Shown here piece after piece: positions 17,530 through 27,116 of a DNA stretch of 64,000 nt (position 1 is the first letter of the stretch; the number at the start of each line of letters is the position of its first letter). The stretch lies in the sequence record NZ_CP081674.1. The stretch is one strand, 5' to 3'. Under the pieces are notes generated by a model, which saw nothing but the letters and a program-made list of their open reading frames with translations, was not told where the DNA came from and searched no databases. The translations under genes and the position numbers were made by a program. Source of the DNA: a plasmid.

Positions 17530-18600
17530 TCATTGTGGTGGTGGTGTTGGTGTTGTTGTGCTGCCGGTTGGGATGCCGTATCGGTCAGTCCACACCAGCC
17601 AGCCCCATCCGCGGCTGTGCGCGAAACTGCGTCCGGCGTCGAACTTGTTCTGATTCACCGCGTACCCGACCTCGTAGATCGGCTTCACCTCAATCAGCAC
17701 CGTGCGGCCATCGCGCAGTTGTGCCACGACATCGGGGTAGTACGGCCTTGCCTGACCGCCCCACTGGTAACGGACACGTACGGGTTGTTCTTGAAATGTT
17801 TCCACCAAGGAGCTGTCGTTCAAGATGCGCAACAGCCGCGCCTCGAACCGGCTATCCCAGGCGGCCTCGCGGCCCAGCTTGTCGAGAAATGTTGCGCCGC
17901 GTCCTTCTTCATCGATATCTACGCGGCGAGCCGCGCGGCTGGGAATCGGGAAGGGGGACATGGTGGTGTCGGCCGGCCACTCGACGTGACTGAGCCAGCG
18001 TTGCAGGTGTGAGGTGGCGTAGGTGTCGGCTACGACCGCTTTGCGCTCAATGCGCTCTAGCTCTCGCAGCCGATGGCGGACTCTCCCGACTCGGGAGCGG
18101 ACCTCGTTGGCAAGCTGTTTGGTGTCGGACACCCGATGCCCGGCGAGGCGTAATTTCATGACTGCGAAACTCTTTGTCAACGGGCCGGTCTCGGTCGCGC
18201 ATGCCTCCAGAGCGAGCCGCCGAACAACTGGCTCAACATCTGCGGCGGGACCGTACCGCTCAGTCAACGTATCGCGGGCATTTCTATCCTCCACAGACTT
18301 GAGAGCCCGGCCGGCCACTCGCATCACGGAACGGTCGACGAGTTGGCGGACCCGCTCGCGTGAAATCCCATGTTGGTCGCCGATCTCCTGCAAGGTGGCG
18401 CGATCCTGGCCGTCTAGGCCGAATCGGGCCGTCAAGATGCTGCGCTCGTAGTCATCGCGGGAGTAGCGGCTCAGCATCGAGGACACCAGCTCGTGGACCG
18501 GTGCGACGTCGCAGCCCAGCTCATCGAGCCAGACGCAGAAAGGATCGACGTCACCGGGATGTACCAGCGGCGGTGGAGACAACGGCTGACGGCAGGCCAT
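17530..18600 (-). CDS. sigma-70 region-4 HTH fused to TnsA-like PD-(D/E)xK endonuclease domain
   Basis: The N-terminal part 'DYERSILTARFGLDGQDRATLQEIGDQHGISRERVRQLVDRSVMRV' is a sigma70_r4-type HTH. The C-terminus 'VRVRYQWGGQARPYYPDVVAQLRDGRTVLIEVKP' matches the TnsA N-terminal endonuclease motif (…Y.PDF…vEVK). Confidence 0.55.
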   Translation of the reverse strand: MACRQPLSPPPLVHPGDVDPFCVWLDELGCDVAPVHELVSSMLSRYSRDDYERSILTARFGLDGQDRATLQEIGDQHGISRERVRQLVDRSVMRVAGRALKSVEDRNARDTLTERYGPAADVEPVVRRLALEACATETGPLTKSFAVMKLRLAGHRVSDTKQLANEVRSRVGRVRHRLRELERIERKAVVADTYATSHLQRWLSHVEWPADTTMSPFPIPSRAARRVDIDEEGRGATFLDKLGREAAWDSRFEARLLRILNDSSLVETFQEQPVRVRYQWGGQARPYYPDVVAQLRDGRTVLIEVKPIYEVGYAVNQNKFDAGRSFAHSRGWGWLVWTDRYGIPTGSTTTPTPPPQ

Positions 18601-18681
18601 GGGATCAAACGCTAGCGGTGACTTCCGACATGCGGTGGCCGGTAGAGGTGGTTGGGCGGCAACGGGTCATCCGCGCCTGCA

Positions 18682-20157
18682 TCAACAATCTCGGGTTCGG
18701 CTCCACCACCGTCGCACACGGGGCGTGCGCGAGGGCAACTCAGTAACCGGCCGCGTTTCCTGCTCGACGGCGGGTTTGCCAGGCTGTGGGGGAGCGACTC
18801 CGAGCACAGCGGTGCGTATGGCTTCGAAATCGCGCCGACGCCATGCGTCGAAAAGTGCAATGGTCGTGACGACCGGGATCGTCAAAGACTGCACGAATTC
18901 CGGTCTCGTGTACGCCTGGTGGGCGCGGTCGCCGGGATAGGTCTTGATCTGATGGTTGATGACGAGCGAAACGCCCTCAATCGCAACGTCTGGCCGTAGG
19001 GCTGACCAGGTGTCGAGGTGTCTCCGTGCATCTCCAACAAGTTTCTCTGAGGCATTGCCCGACTCGCTTTTGACCTCGACCAGGCGCTGTCGAGCTTGGT
19101 AGGTGACGAGTAGGTCAGCGCTTGCAGTGTTCTTGAGGTCGCTGTCGAGGGGAACAGCCGTCATCCCGGCGTCCGTCAGCACTGCCGCGACAGCATCCTC
19201 GAGAGATGTGGACCTGCCGTACAACAGGTTGAAACGCACCTCGTCTGCAGCGGAACGGGCTTCCTCGAGTATCTCGTCGAGCTGCTCGCACTGCACCCGG
19301 TATTGCTCGTCGAGTTCCGCCCGGGCCGCAGCCGCGGACGTTTCGGCAACAGTCTGCAGGGCAGGATCTTCGCCGAGATTGGCGTGGATTCGGCGTACCG
19401 CCGACGGCACGAACTCTGGAATGGCATGCTGCGCCAGCCATTCCAGAACGGTCTTCCAGGACGACAACCAAGGAATGATGTAATGACGGAGCTGCTCATC
19501 CGGGGAGATCCACACCGCGGCGACCACTTCCCCGGTTGTCGAGACGAGCAGGGGCTGCAAGGAGCCGTCGGGTTCCACCTTCTGCCCCGGTCCACCGCTT
19601 CCGGAGAAGATCATCGTTGCGCTGCGGTCCAGCGTCCACCAGTCCATGGCGAGATCACGTGTGTTGATCAGCCGTAATGCCAGGTCACGATCGGCACGTC
19701 CCAAACCTTCGACGATTGCGGGAACGACAACAAGTGGCGTGCGAAAGCCGCCCACTGAACCAAAACCATTCGCAGAGCCTGGAAGGTCGACACGTTCGTC
19801 AGCTCCGCCGAAGATGTCCCGGACATTCATCTCCGATGGTGGTCTGGGATGCCCGATCATCGACACCGCCAGTGCGACCTCGTTTCGATGACGTGACCCG
19901 GTGATGAACCGTGTCCACTCGGCCGCGCCGCGGTTGAAAACCTGGCTGGGTTCGATCGCGGCAAGCGCTCCGCTGCTGTCCTCACCGATCCACCGTGGTG
20001 TCAAACCGAGAGTGCGCCAGTCGAATTGCTCCGAGGTGAGCGTTGGGCGGACCCCTGTGCCGCCGAGGGATTTGTATCGCTTCACGGAGCCGTTGGGTAC
20101 CTTGTCCCACAGTGCCGGCGGCGGGTAGCCGATATGTATGTCGTACGCCTCAGCCAC
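18682..20157 (-). CDS. hypothetical protein with C-terminal PD-(D/E)xK restriction-endonuclease-like motif
   Basis: 491 aa; the C-terminal part 'ASADLLVTYQARQRLVEVKSESGNASEKL…INHQIK' matches a D…(E)VK…K nuclease core. The N-terminal 350 aa has no recognisable family. It lies 81 bp upstream of the sigma-r4::TnsA-like gene on the same strand. Confidence 0.45.
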   Translation of the reverse strand: MAEAYDIHIGYPPPALWDKVPNGSVKRYKSLGGTGVRPTLTSEQFDWRTLGLTPRWIGEDSSGALAAIEPSQVFNRGAAEWTRFITGSRHRNEVALAVSMIGHPRPPSEMNVRDIFGGADERVDLPGSANGFGSVGGFRTPLVVVPAIVEGLGRADRDLALRLINTRDLAMDWWTLDRSATMIFSGSGGPGQKVEPDGSLQPLLVSTTGEVVAAVWISPDEQLRHYIIPWLSSWKTVLEWLAQHAIPEFVPSAVRRIHANLGEDPALQTVAETSAAAARAELDEQYRVQCEQLDEILEEARSAADEVRFNLLYGRSTSLEDAVAAVLTDAGMTAVPLDSDLKNTASADLLVTYQARQRLVEVKSESGNASEKLVGDARRHLDTWSALRPDVAIEGVSLVINHQIKTYPGDRAHQAYTRPEFVQSLTIPVVTTIALFDAWRRRDFEAIRTAVLGVAPPQPGKPAVEQETRPVTELPSRTPRVRRWWSRTRDC

Positions 20158-20434
20158 ACGACGAGGGTAACCGCCAGTTCAGACATGCCAGCATGCTTTG
20201 CCGCCTACAACGTCGCCGCCGGGCCAAACATCATCGACAGTTCCCAGCGCACCAGGTCGATCCCGTTGCGCACCCGCGGATCGTCGGGATCTAGGCCTTC
20301 GGCTACCGCGGCGAGCCGCTCGTCAGCATCCATAACAGGTTCGACGCAGCGTTGGCGCGTTTGGTTCCACTGACCCGGAGCGCTTCCTCAACCCGCCTTC
20401 CCCAGCCTGATGCTGCACGCCACCGCATCGAGTT

Positions 20435-21124
20435 TTCGGTGGAGTTGGGGTGGGTGTTGGAGGTTGGTGGTGGTGTTCGTTCATACTGCGGGGCATGTCA
20501 CTTGATGCGCTTGTGGCCGAGGCCGGTCAGGTGCTCGGTGACGCGCGCAAGATGTTTGGGCCTGCGCCGGCGGCCGGCGGATGGTCGAGCACACCGGCGC
20601 TGAGCGCTGGTAAGGACAGTTTGGCCCAGGCCGGGGGAGTGCTGGCGGGGTGGGGCGGAGCGAGCGCGACGACGCATCTGTCGGCCAGCGGCGGTCGTGT
20701 GGTGGCTCTGGACAATGTGATCGGCGCTGATCGAGGAACTGCGCCGGGTTTCACGGGGGCGGCCCAGACCTCTCAGTCTGGTGGTGGCGGGATGGACGAC
20801 GTCAACGCCGACACGCGTAGGGGAGTGGCTGCGATTGCTCCGAGCACCGACACCCCGGCCGGTAAGACGCAGCTGGTCAATCATCTGCAGTCCCAGCTCG
20901 ACCGTGCCAAAGCGTTGCTCAAGGTTTCCGAGTCGCGCAACGTGATGCTGGCCAATGCGATTCGCAGCGCTGCAGGAGGCTATGGCGGCGGTATGCCGAT
21001 GGGTGGCGGTATGGGTGGCCCGATGGGCGGCGGGATGCCCATGGGTGGCGGGGGAATGGGCGGTGGTGGACTACCCGGCCTCGGCGGCGCCGGCCTGATC
21101 CCCAACCTCTCCGCCTTCACCCGC
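20435..21124 (+). repeat. copy 2 of ~690-bp perfect direct repeat
   Basis: See copy 1. Confidence 0.85.
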
Positions 21125-21568
21125 GGCGCTGGCTTCAAGAGAAGCGGACCCGGCGGAACATTGGGAGGGCCGGGCACGGCGGCGCTGGCCGGTTCCGGCG
21201 GCGGACCTCTGGCCCAGTCAGCGGTCAAAGCAGCGCTGTCCAAACGCGGAACCCCCTACGTATGGGGCGCTAAGGGTCCCAACGTGTTCGACTGCTCCGG
21301 GCTCACCCAGTGGGCATGGCGGCAAGCCGGCGTCACACTCGGCCCCGACACCTATAGCCAGGTAAAACAGGGTCTACCCGTGGCCCCCGGTGATGCGCAG
21401 GAAGGCGACATCATTTTTCCGAAAGGGTCATGGGGTGACAGGGGGCCAGGCCACGTCATGCTGGCCATTTCGCCTACCCAGGTGGTGCACGCGCCTCAAA
21501 CCGGCGACGTCGTCAAGGTCGCGCCGATGCCCGCCGATTTCGTTGCTCGTCGTCCCGTCGCTGCCTGA
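20450..21568 (+). CDS. secreted cell-wall hydrolase: shared N-domain + Gly/Met-rich linker + NlpC/P60 peptidase domain
   Basis: The C-terminus 'GTPYVWGAKGPNVFDCSGLTQWAWRQAG…GDIIFP…GHVMLAISPTQVVHAP' carries the NlpC/P60 catalytic Cys (DCSG) and His. Confidence 0.7.
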   Translation: MGVGGWWWCSFILRGMSLDALVAEAGQVLGDARKMFGPAPAAGGWSSTPALSAGKDSLAQAGGVLAGWGGASATTHLSASGGRVVALDNVIGADRGTAPGFTGAAQTSQSGGGGMDDVNADTRRGVAAIAPSTDTPAGKTQLVNHLQSQLDRAKALLKVSESRNVMLANAIRSAAGGYGGGMPMGGGMGGPMGGGMPMGGGGMGGGGLPGLGGAGLIPNLSAFTRGAGFKRSGPGGTLGGPGTAALAGSGGGPLAQSAVKAALSKRGTPYVWGAKGPNVFDCSGLTQWAWRQAGVTLGPDTYSQVKQGLPVAPGDAQEGDIIFPKGSWGDRGPGHVMLAISPTQVVHAPQTGDVVKVAPMPADFVARRPVAA

Positions 21569-21587
21569 GCCTGGAAGCGGCCCCAAC

Positions 21588-22193
21588 TCAGCTCACCTGA
21601 CGAGCAGCATCCCTGAGAACCTCGCGCTGGCGGTGAACATCGGCTAGCGCCGACATCGTCTCGTCGAACGCATCGGCCGCGTGCGGAAGGCTCGCGGCAA
21701 TCACCTTTTCCAACTCCAGCAACATGCGGTCGAGCTCACGCAACGCCGGACCGGTCTCTGGATCATCGTGGCGCAGCATCACCGCGATCGACTTCGTCGC
21801 GATGGCTGCTACCGCACTGGCGATCGCCATGGTGTGCACCGTGGTCGACGCAGCACCCGTTGGCGACTGCGCCCCGACATGGGTGTGCACGACCGGCTCA
21901 GCCGCGGCTGGTCGCTCTCGACCGGTGTGGCCGGCGGGCGGTTCGTCACGCAGCATCGAGCGCAGGGTGCCGGGCGGCCAGTTCAGGGCAGTTTCCAGTT
22001 TGCGTTGGTTGCCCTCGCGGGGAAAGGTGCGCCCCCGTTCCAAGAACGCGGCGGTGTTCAGAGCGACACCTGCTGCCTCAGCCAGATCGCGTTGCGTGGC
22101 CATACCCATTTCGAGACGCCGGTCAGCCACAGCCCGGCCCACACGTGCGATCGCCGGGTCAACGCCGTCCGCCTCGTGTTCCGCCTTCGCCAT
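21588..22193 (-). CDS. XRE-family HTH regulator
   Basis: 'MATQRDLAEAAGVALNTAAFLERG' is an HTH_3 motif. The start is set at MAKAEHE; the longer ORF runs to 22337. Confidence 0.5.
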   Translation of the reverse strand: MAKAEHEADGVDPAIARVGRAVADRRLEMGMATQRDLAEAAGVALNTAAFLERGRTFPREGNQRKLETALNWPPGTLRSMLRDEPPAGHTGRERPAAAEPVVHTHVGAQSPTGAASTTVHTMAIASAVAAIATKSIAVMLRHDDPETGPALRELDRMLLELEKVIAASLPHAADAFDETMSALADVHRQREVLRDAARQVS

Positions 22194-22340
22194 CGCCACT
22201 TCCCGCTCGAATGCCTCACAAACTGCTGCTCGCACACTTGTGTCTTGTGAACCACAACTATAGGGCCTGATCAACCATAGAAGGCCAAACACGACCTGGT
22301 TTGTAGACATCCGCCCGTAATAGTCAACTAAACTCAACTA

Positions 22341-22955
22341 ATGTTGAGTCAACTCACCCGCAAGGGGCATCCCGCCGCGACGGTCGCACCATCACCGCAG
22401 GTCACAGCCCGGACCGCGGCCATGGTCCTCATCGCTGCTGACACACTTGCCCGCGTCCGGCAGCGCTACCAACAATTCGTGGGCGATCCACGCTCAGCGC
22501 TGGACCGCCCAACACTGGCCGACAGTGCCGACCGCTTCGCACGAGCACTCGCCAAGGCATTCGACGACGCAGCCGAACAGCTCACGAAGTGCCCGCCCGC
22601 AGACCCGGCGGGGGCGGCATCCGCCCTCGCCGCGGCGCACGCCGCCGAATACGCATTTGACCTGGCAGACCAACACGCCCGACGCTCAGCTCGCCGCGGA
22701 CTATATCCAGGCGGAACCCCGCCGCTCGATGCCCGAGCACTCGACCTCATCGAGGAGGCGCGGGCCAGCCTGGAACTCGCTGCCGAATCGACCGATGCTC
22801 ACATTCGGCGCAATCACCGCCTCCGCGCACAGGCACTCGTGGCATCCGCCGGAGTCGTGATCCCCGAATTGCTGGAACCGGCCTGGACCGCGATCAGCGA
22901 CGACCCGGGCCACGTCGAAAGCCGTGCGCAGTTTTGCTCAACAAAGAGCATGTAG
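22341..22955 (+). CDS. hypothetical helical protein
   Basis: 204-aa ORF preceded by a CTCAAC-TAAT-GTTGAG palindrome and TCAACTA repeats (22300-22345). No recognisable family. Confidence 0.35.
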   Translation: MLSQLTRKGHPAATVAPSPQVTARTAAMVLIAADTLARVRQRYQQFVGDPRSALDRPTLADSADRFARALAKAFDDAAEQLTKCPPADPAGAASALAAAHAAEYAFDLADQHARRSARRGLYPGGTPPLDARALDLIEEARASLELAAESTDAHIRRNHRLRAQALVASAGVVIPELLEPAWTAISDDPGHVESRAQFCSTKSM

Positions 22956-23029
22956 AAAATCAACTAAAGGCGTGATATAACAACCATAGTTGACTACACA
23001 GGGTCGTCTTTACGCAGAAGGGGTCGACA

Positions 23030-23470
23030 ATGGCGGACACACCGAGCGGCACTCCTCAGACACGCGGCCTGTGCCGCTACGACAATCCCGACAAGTGGTT
23101 CCCACGGCACCCCGTGCCACGCGCCCGCGTCATCCGGATCTGCAACAACTGCCCGTTTCAGCCTCAATGCGCCCAGGCCGCCCTCGATCTCGCAGAAACC
23201 GACGGCGTCTGGGCAGGCGTCCAGCTCCCGGGTGACCGCGCCGAAGACGGCGACATGGATGAGGCGCGCGAGAAGCTTCGCAAGGTCGCCGCGCGACAGC
23301 TCCATCCTCAGGAGTTCAACCGCCGCAACGACATCGCAGCCGCAATGCGCTTCGTCGCCACCGAACAACGCAAGTTCGACCAGGCATGGACCAACGCCCA
23401 CGCCGAACACACGCGCCGTCGCGCCATTACTGCCGTCGCCGCCGCCCGCAAGGAGCAGATCGGTGCCTGA
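23030..23470 (+). CDS. WhiB-like (Wbl) Fe-S transcription factor
   Basis: Four Cys in the canonical spacing 'CRYD…WF…C(x2)C(x5)C…GVWAGV', followed by a basic/helical tail. Confidence 0.7.
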   Translation: MADTPSGTPQTRGLCRYDNPDKWFPRHPVPRARVIRICNNCPFQPQCAQAALDLAETDGVWAGVQLPGDRAEDGDMDEAREKLRKVAARQLHPQEFNRRNDIAAAMRFVATEQRKFDQAWTNAHAEHTRRRAITAVAAARKEQIGA

Positions 23471-23828
23471 TCGAAAGTTTGAGCAGCACCTCAACACCAT
23501 GCTGCGCGATGACATCCTGGCTCAACTTCGCACCGCGGCGCAGCCGCGCAGTACCAGCGAGCTGCGAGCCAACGCACCAGCTCAGCCGCTACAGCCTGGT
23601 GGAACCGAACACTATCCGCCATTGCAAGAGCGCGTGTACCGAGCTCTGCTCAAACTCCACGCCGACGGAAAGATCATCAAGCATCCCGCCCGTGGCCGCA
23701 TCGTCACCTGGTCGGCAGCGCGCAGCTGCGACGACGACGAAATCGACCGCCTCGAGGACGCCTTCAACGCTCCCTGCAGCGCCTACGCGCTTCAACTCCT
23801 GCTGGGGCGAAAGGGATCACCGTCATGA
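23463..23828 (+). CDS. hypothetical protein, possible winged-helix (GTG start overlapping whiB-like stop)
   Basis: 'ERVYRALLKLHADGKIIKHPARGRIVTW' resembles a winged helix. There is an in-frame GTG at 23463. Confidence 0.35.
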   Translation: MPDRKFEQHLNTMLRDDILAQLRTAAQPRSTSELRANAPAQPLQPGGTEHYPPLQERVYRALLKLHADGKIIKHPARGRIVTWSAARSCDDDEIDRLEDAFNAPCSAYALQLLLGRKGSPS

Positions 23829-24301
23829 CGTCACGCATGGCTCCCAACGTCGGCGACGAATTGAACGATGAGTACGCAGCCCCCCACGACTCCGCCGCTG
23901 GCCCATTGAGCTGGTCCGAAATTGCCTCTACAGGGACCATGACCGCCACCGCGCGTTCCTGCGCGGCTATCGAAGCAAGCGCAGCCGACAGCGCATCCAC
24001 CTCAGCAGCAAGGGCGCACCGCTCCGCAATGTCAGCGTTGGATGCCGAGGGCAGGGCGAGCCAATCAGCTGCCAGCGGGGTGAACAGCCAGGTGAACCAG
24101 GTGAACTCGTGGTCCATCTGGTTCTTCGTACTCGGCATCCTCCTCGGTGTCATCCTCTGCCTTGCAGGGATCTTGACCACCATCCGCCTCCTTGAGGACA
24201 GCCGGCCGCCAGTCAGTGGTCAGCAACCGATAGTGGTCACCGAATACCCGCTGCCTCAGCCATTTTCGCCTTCTGACCTACCTGGTCTGATCCGAGGCTG
24301 A
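23825..24301 (+). CDS. small membrane protein (hypothetical)
   Basis: 158 aa with one TM helix (WSIWFFVLGILLGVILCLAGILTTI); the start overlaps the upstream stop. Confidence 0.35.
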   Translation: MTSRMAPNVGDELNDEYAAPHDSAAGPLSWSEIASTGTMTATARSCAAIEASAADSASTSAARAHRSAMSALDAEGRASQSAASGVNSQVNQVNSWSIWFFVLGILLGVILCLAGILTTIRLLEDSRPPVSGQQPIVVTEYPLPQPFSPSDLPGLIRG

Positions 24302-24302
24302 C

Positions 24303-24794
24303 ATGAGCGCCACCATCAGTACACCGAACCCAGGGTCCTGGCTGGGGGTGCTACTGCGCAGGCAACCACACCAAATCATCTACAACCATGGTGCGCCGTA
24401 CCTGCAGCGGTGGTATCTCATTCCGCGAAACCCGCTGTGCAACATCTATCTGCACCGCTTCGTGGCATCCGACGACCCGACGTGCCACGACCATCCATGG
24501 TGGTTCGCATCGCTGATCCTCACTGGCGGCTACACCGAGGTCCAACCCAGTCGGATCACCTCCCGCCGCCCCGGCAGCCTAGCGCTGCACCAGGCCCAGC
24601 ACCGCCACAGCGTGCGGCTGCCTCGCACTCCTGAGGGAAACGAAATCCCTTGCCTAACTCTCGTCGTCACCGGCCCTCGCGTGCGTGACTGGGGCTTCTG
24701 GTGCCCGCTGCGCAACGGCAGCTACCGATTCGTGCCCTGGAGGCAATTCGGCCCCGGCGGTTGTGGAGAAAGCGAGAGTGAGGCACAGCCATGA
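24303..24794 (+). CDS. hypothetical protein
   Basis: 163 aa, His/Trp/Cys-containing with non-repetitive composition, 1-nt gap to the upstream gene and ATGA overlap with the downstream hydrolase. Confidence 0.35.
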   Translation: MSATISTPNPGSWLGVLLRRQPHQIIYNHGAPYLQRWYLIPRNPLCNIYLHRFVASDDPTCHDHPWWFASLILTGGYTEVQPSRITSRRPGSLALHQAQHRHSVRLPRTPEGNEIPCLTLVVTGPRVRDWGFWCPLRNGSYRFVPWRQFGPGGCGESESEAQP

Positions 24795-25765
24795 TCCGGC
24801 CCTCAGCGAGCATCCAACGCCTCCATGCCATTCCAGCACCCGCCGCTCGAACCGGGCCACACCGTCACACGGTCCACAGCAGTGACGGTGTGAGGCTGTG
24901 CGTCTGCGATCACATCCCCGACGGGAATATCGAACACACCGTCGTGCTCCTCCACGGACTGTGCCTGCGAAGGCAGTCCTGGTACCGCCCAGCCCGAGCC
25001 CGACGCCGCCCAGGCATCCGCATCATCCAGCCCGACCACCGAGGACACGGCCGGTCCGAGCAGGCGCCGCTACACACCTATACACCAGACCGGCTCGCCC
25101 AAGATCTCGCTGAGGTCCTCACCGCTTTGCACGTCACCGGCCCGCTCACCCTCGCCGGGCACTCCATGGGCGGAATGACCGCGTTGAGCTACCTTGCCCG
25201 CCCGGTCAGCCAACAACCCGTACGCCCGCAGGGACTCGTCCTTATCGCGACCTCGGCCGGCAGGCTCACCGATCACGGCCTCGGCCGCATGCTCGCTCTG
25301 CCCGGCCTCGACACCGCCATCAACCTGGCCCAGCACTTTCCCCAGGCACTCACTGAGCGAGTCATGCGCGCCCTGGCGCAACCACTGTGCGATCTGGTCA
25401 CCCACGACAAGACGGTTTCCGCGTCACTGGCCGATGCGTTCAGATCCACTCCGACATCAACCACACTGGGGTTCTTGCAATCCCTTAAGACCTACGACCG
25501 CCACCACGTGCTGCCCAACATCTGCGCAGCCACCACCGTGATCAGCGGGGGGACAGACCTTCTCACTCCACCCGTCCACTCCGACGCCATGGCCGCGGCT
25601 ATTCCCGATGTCACGCGCATACACCTGCCCCACGCCGGCCACATGCTGCTGGGTGAGGCCGCCACCACCGTCAGCGACGCAATCCTGCGCACCGCCACCA
25701 ACCCAGACGTCCAGCTGTACTCGTCCGACCAGGATCAACGAACGGCCATCTCGGCGCCTGCATGA
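24791..25765 (+). CDS. alpha/beta-fold hydrolase
   Basis: 'VVLLHGLCL', nucleophile elbow 'GHSMGG', and 'GHGRS'. Confidence 0.65.
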   Translation: MIRPSASIQRLHAIPAPAARTGPHRHTVHSSDGVRLCVCDHIPDGNIEHTVVLLHGLCLRRQSWYRPARARRRPGIRIIQPDHRGHGRSEQAPLHTYTPDRLAQDLAEVLTALHVTGPLTLAGHSMGGMTALSYLARPVSQQPVRPQGLVLIATSAGRLTDHGLGRMLALPGLDTAINLAQHFPQALTERVMRALAQPLCDLVTHDKTVSASLADAFRSTPTSTTLGFLQSLKTYDRHHVLPNICAATTVISGGTDLLTPPVHSDAMAAAIPDVTRIHLPHAGHMLLGEAATTVSDAILRTATNPDVQLYSSDQDQRTAISAPA

Positions 25766-25933
25766 CCGGCCCCTCGGTGAAAGGAATCCCATCATGGCCA
25801 CGACACTCTGCACCGATCAACGTCCGGTCGCGGCTCGACCGCCCGCACCTGCGCCCGACCTCGCCGACAATCTCACTCTCATGCTGACCGCGCGGCGCCG
25901 CCGCCACCTGCGCCGCTCCGCCTGGACGACACG

Positions 25934-27058
25934 ATGACCCGGGCACACAAGTATCGCGTGTCCACACTCGATCGCGCCCAGCACAGCGCGCCCCGTCCCA
26001 CCCTGTCACCGTACTTCCGCGACGACCAGGTGACGCTGTACCACGGCAAGGCGCTCGACGTCGCACGCGAACTGCCCAGTGGCTCAGTGGATTGCATCGT
26101 CACCAGCCCGCCATATTTCAACCTCCGCGACTACGGTGCCGAAGGACAGTACGGGCTGGAGTCAACACCAGCGGAATACGTTGCCAACCTTCGAGACCTC
26201 TTCAGCGAGCTGCGCCGCGTCCTCACCGACGACGGCACCCTATGGCTCAACCTCGGCGACACCTACAGCACCCGTGCTGACGCTTCAGCTGGGCCAACCT
26301 CAGGACGCAGCCGACCCGACGTCATGCCCGGGCGAATCAACACCACCGGCACCATCGGCCGGAAGCAGCTCCTCGGAATCCCCTGGAGGGTGGCCTTCGC
26401 GCTCCAGGATGACGGCTGGATCCTGCGCCGAGACATCGTCTGGGAAAAGCCCTGTGCCAAACCCGAAAGTGTCACCGATCGACCGTCATCACGACACGAA
26501 TATGTCTTCCTGCTCACGAAATCACCGAACTACTGGTTCGACCTCGACGCCATCCGCGAATCTCACGCTGAGACCAGCATTAAAAGGGTAGCCGCCCACC
26601 GCTCACCAACAGGACGCGCTGCCCGTGAAGGCAAACCCTATGTCGGAGAAGGGAAGCGGGAAACGATGCGCCTCGACCAAATGAACCACCCCCGAGGTCG
26701 CAACCCCGGCGACGTCTGGTCGATCAGCACCATCCCATTCCCACACGCTCATTTCGCCGTCATGCCACCCACACTGGCCCAAAAGTGCGTCATCGCCGGA
26801 TACAAACCCGGAGGGATCGTCCTCGATCCGTGCAACGGTGCAGGAACAACCGGCCTGGCAGCCCAACGCACCGGGCGCCGATACATCGGCATTGATATCA
26901 ACGCCGACTACCTCGACCTCTCACTACGCACACGTCTGCGCGACGCCACATTGGACTTCTGCGTCGTCGACTCCGCCGCCGACATGCCCGAACCCAACGG
27001 CGATGGCCACGACACAGCCCCCACTCTCTACAGCATCGCAAGCGAAGACGCATCGTGA
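25934..27058 (+). CDS. DNA methyltransferase (N6-adenine/N4-cytosine, beta-class; ParB-MTase-like), orphan
   Basis: 'DCIVTSPPYFNLRDYG' (motif IV S/D-PPY) appears early, and the AdoMet-binding region 'VLDPCNGAGTTGLAA' (motif I) appears late, which gives beta-class order. No adjacent restriction endonuclease is recognisable. Confidence 0.75.
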   Translation: MTRAHKYRVSTLDRAQHSAPRPTLSPYFRDDQVTLYHGKALDVARELPSGSVDCIVTSPPYFNLRDYGAEGQYGLESTPAEYVANLRDLFSELRRVLTDDGTLWLNLGDTYSTRADASAGPTSGRSRPDVMPGRINTTGTIGRKQLLGIPWRVAFALQDDGWILRRDIVWEKPCAKPESVTDRPSSRHEYVFLLTKSPNYWFDLDAIRESHAETSIKRVAAHRSPTGRAAREGKPYVGEGKRETMRLDQMNHPRGRNPGDVWSISTIPFPHAHFAVMPPTLAQKCVIAGYKPGGIVLDPCNGAGTTGLAAQRTGRRYIGIDINADYLDLSLRTRLRDATLDFCVVDSAADMPEPNGDGHDTAPTLYSIASEDAS

Positions 27059-27116
27059 CCAAACCGCCCGACGACGCTCACCACCACTGCCACCGAGCGA
27101 ATGGACTGACCCTTTC

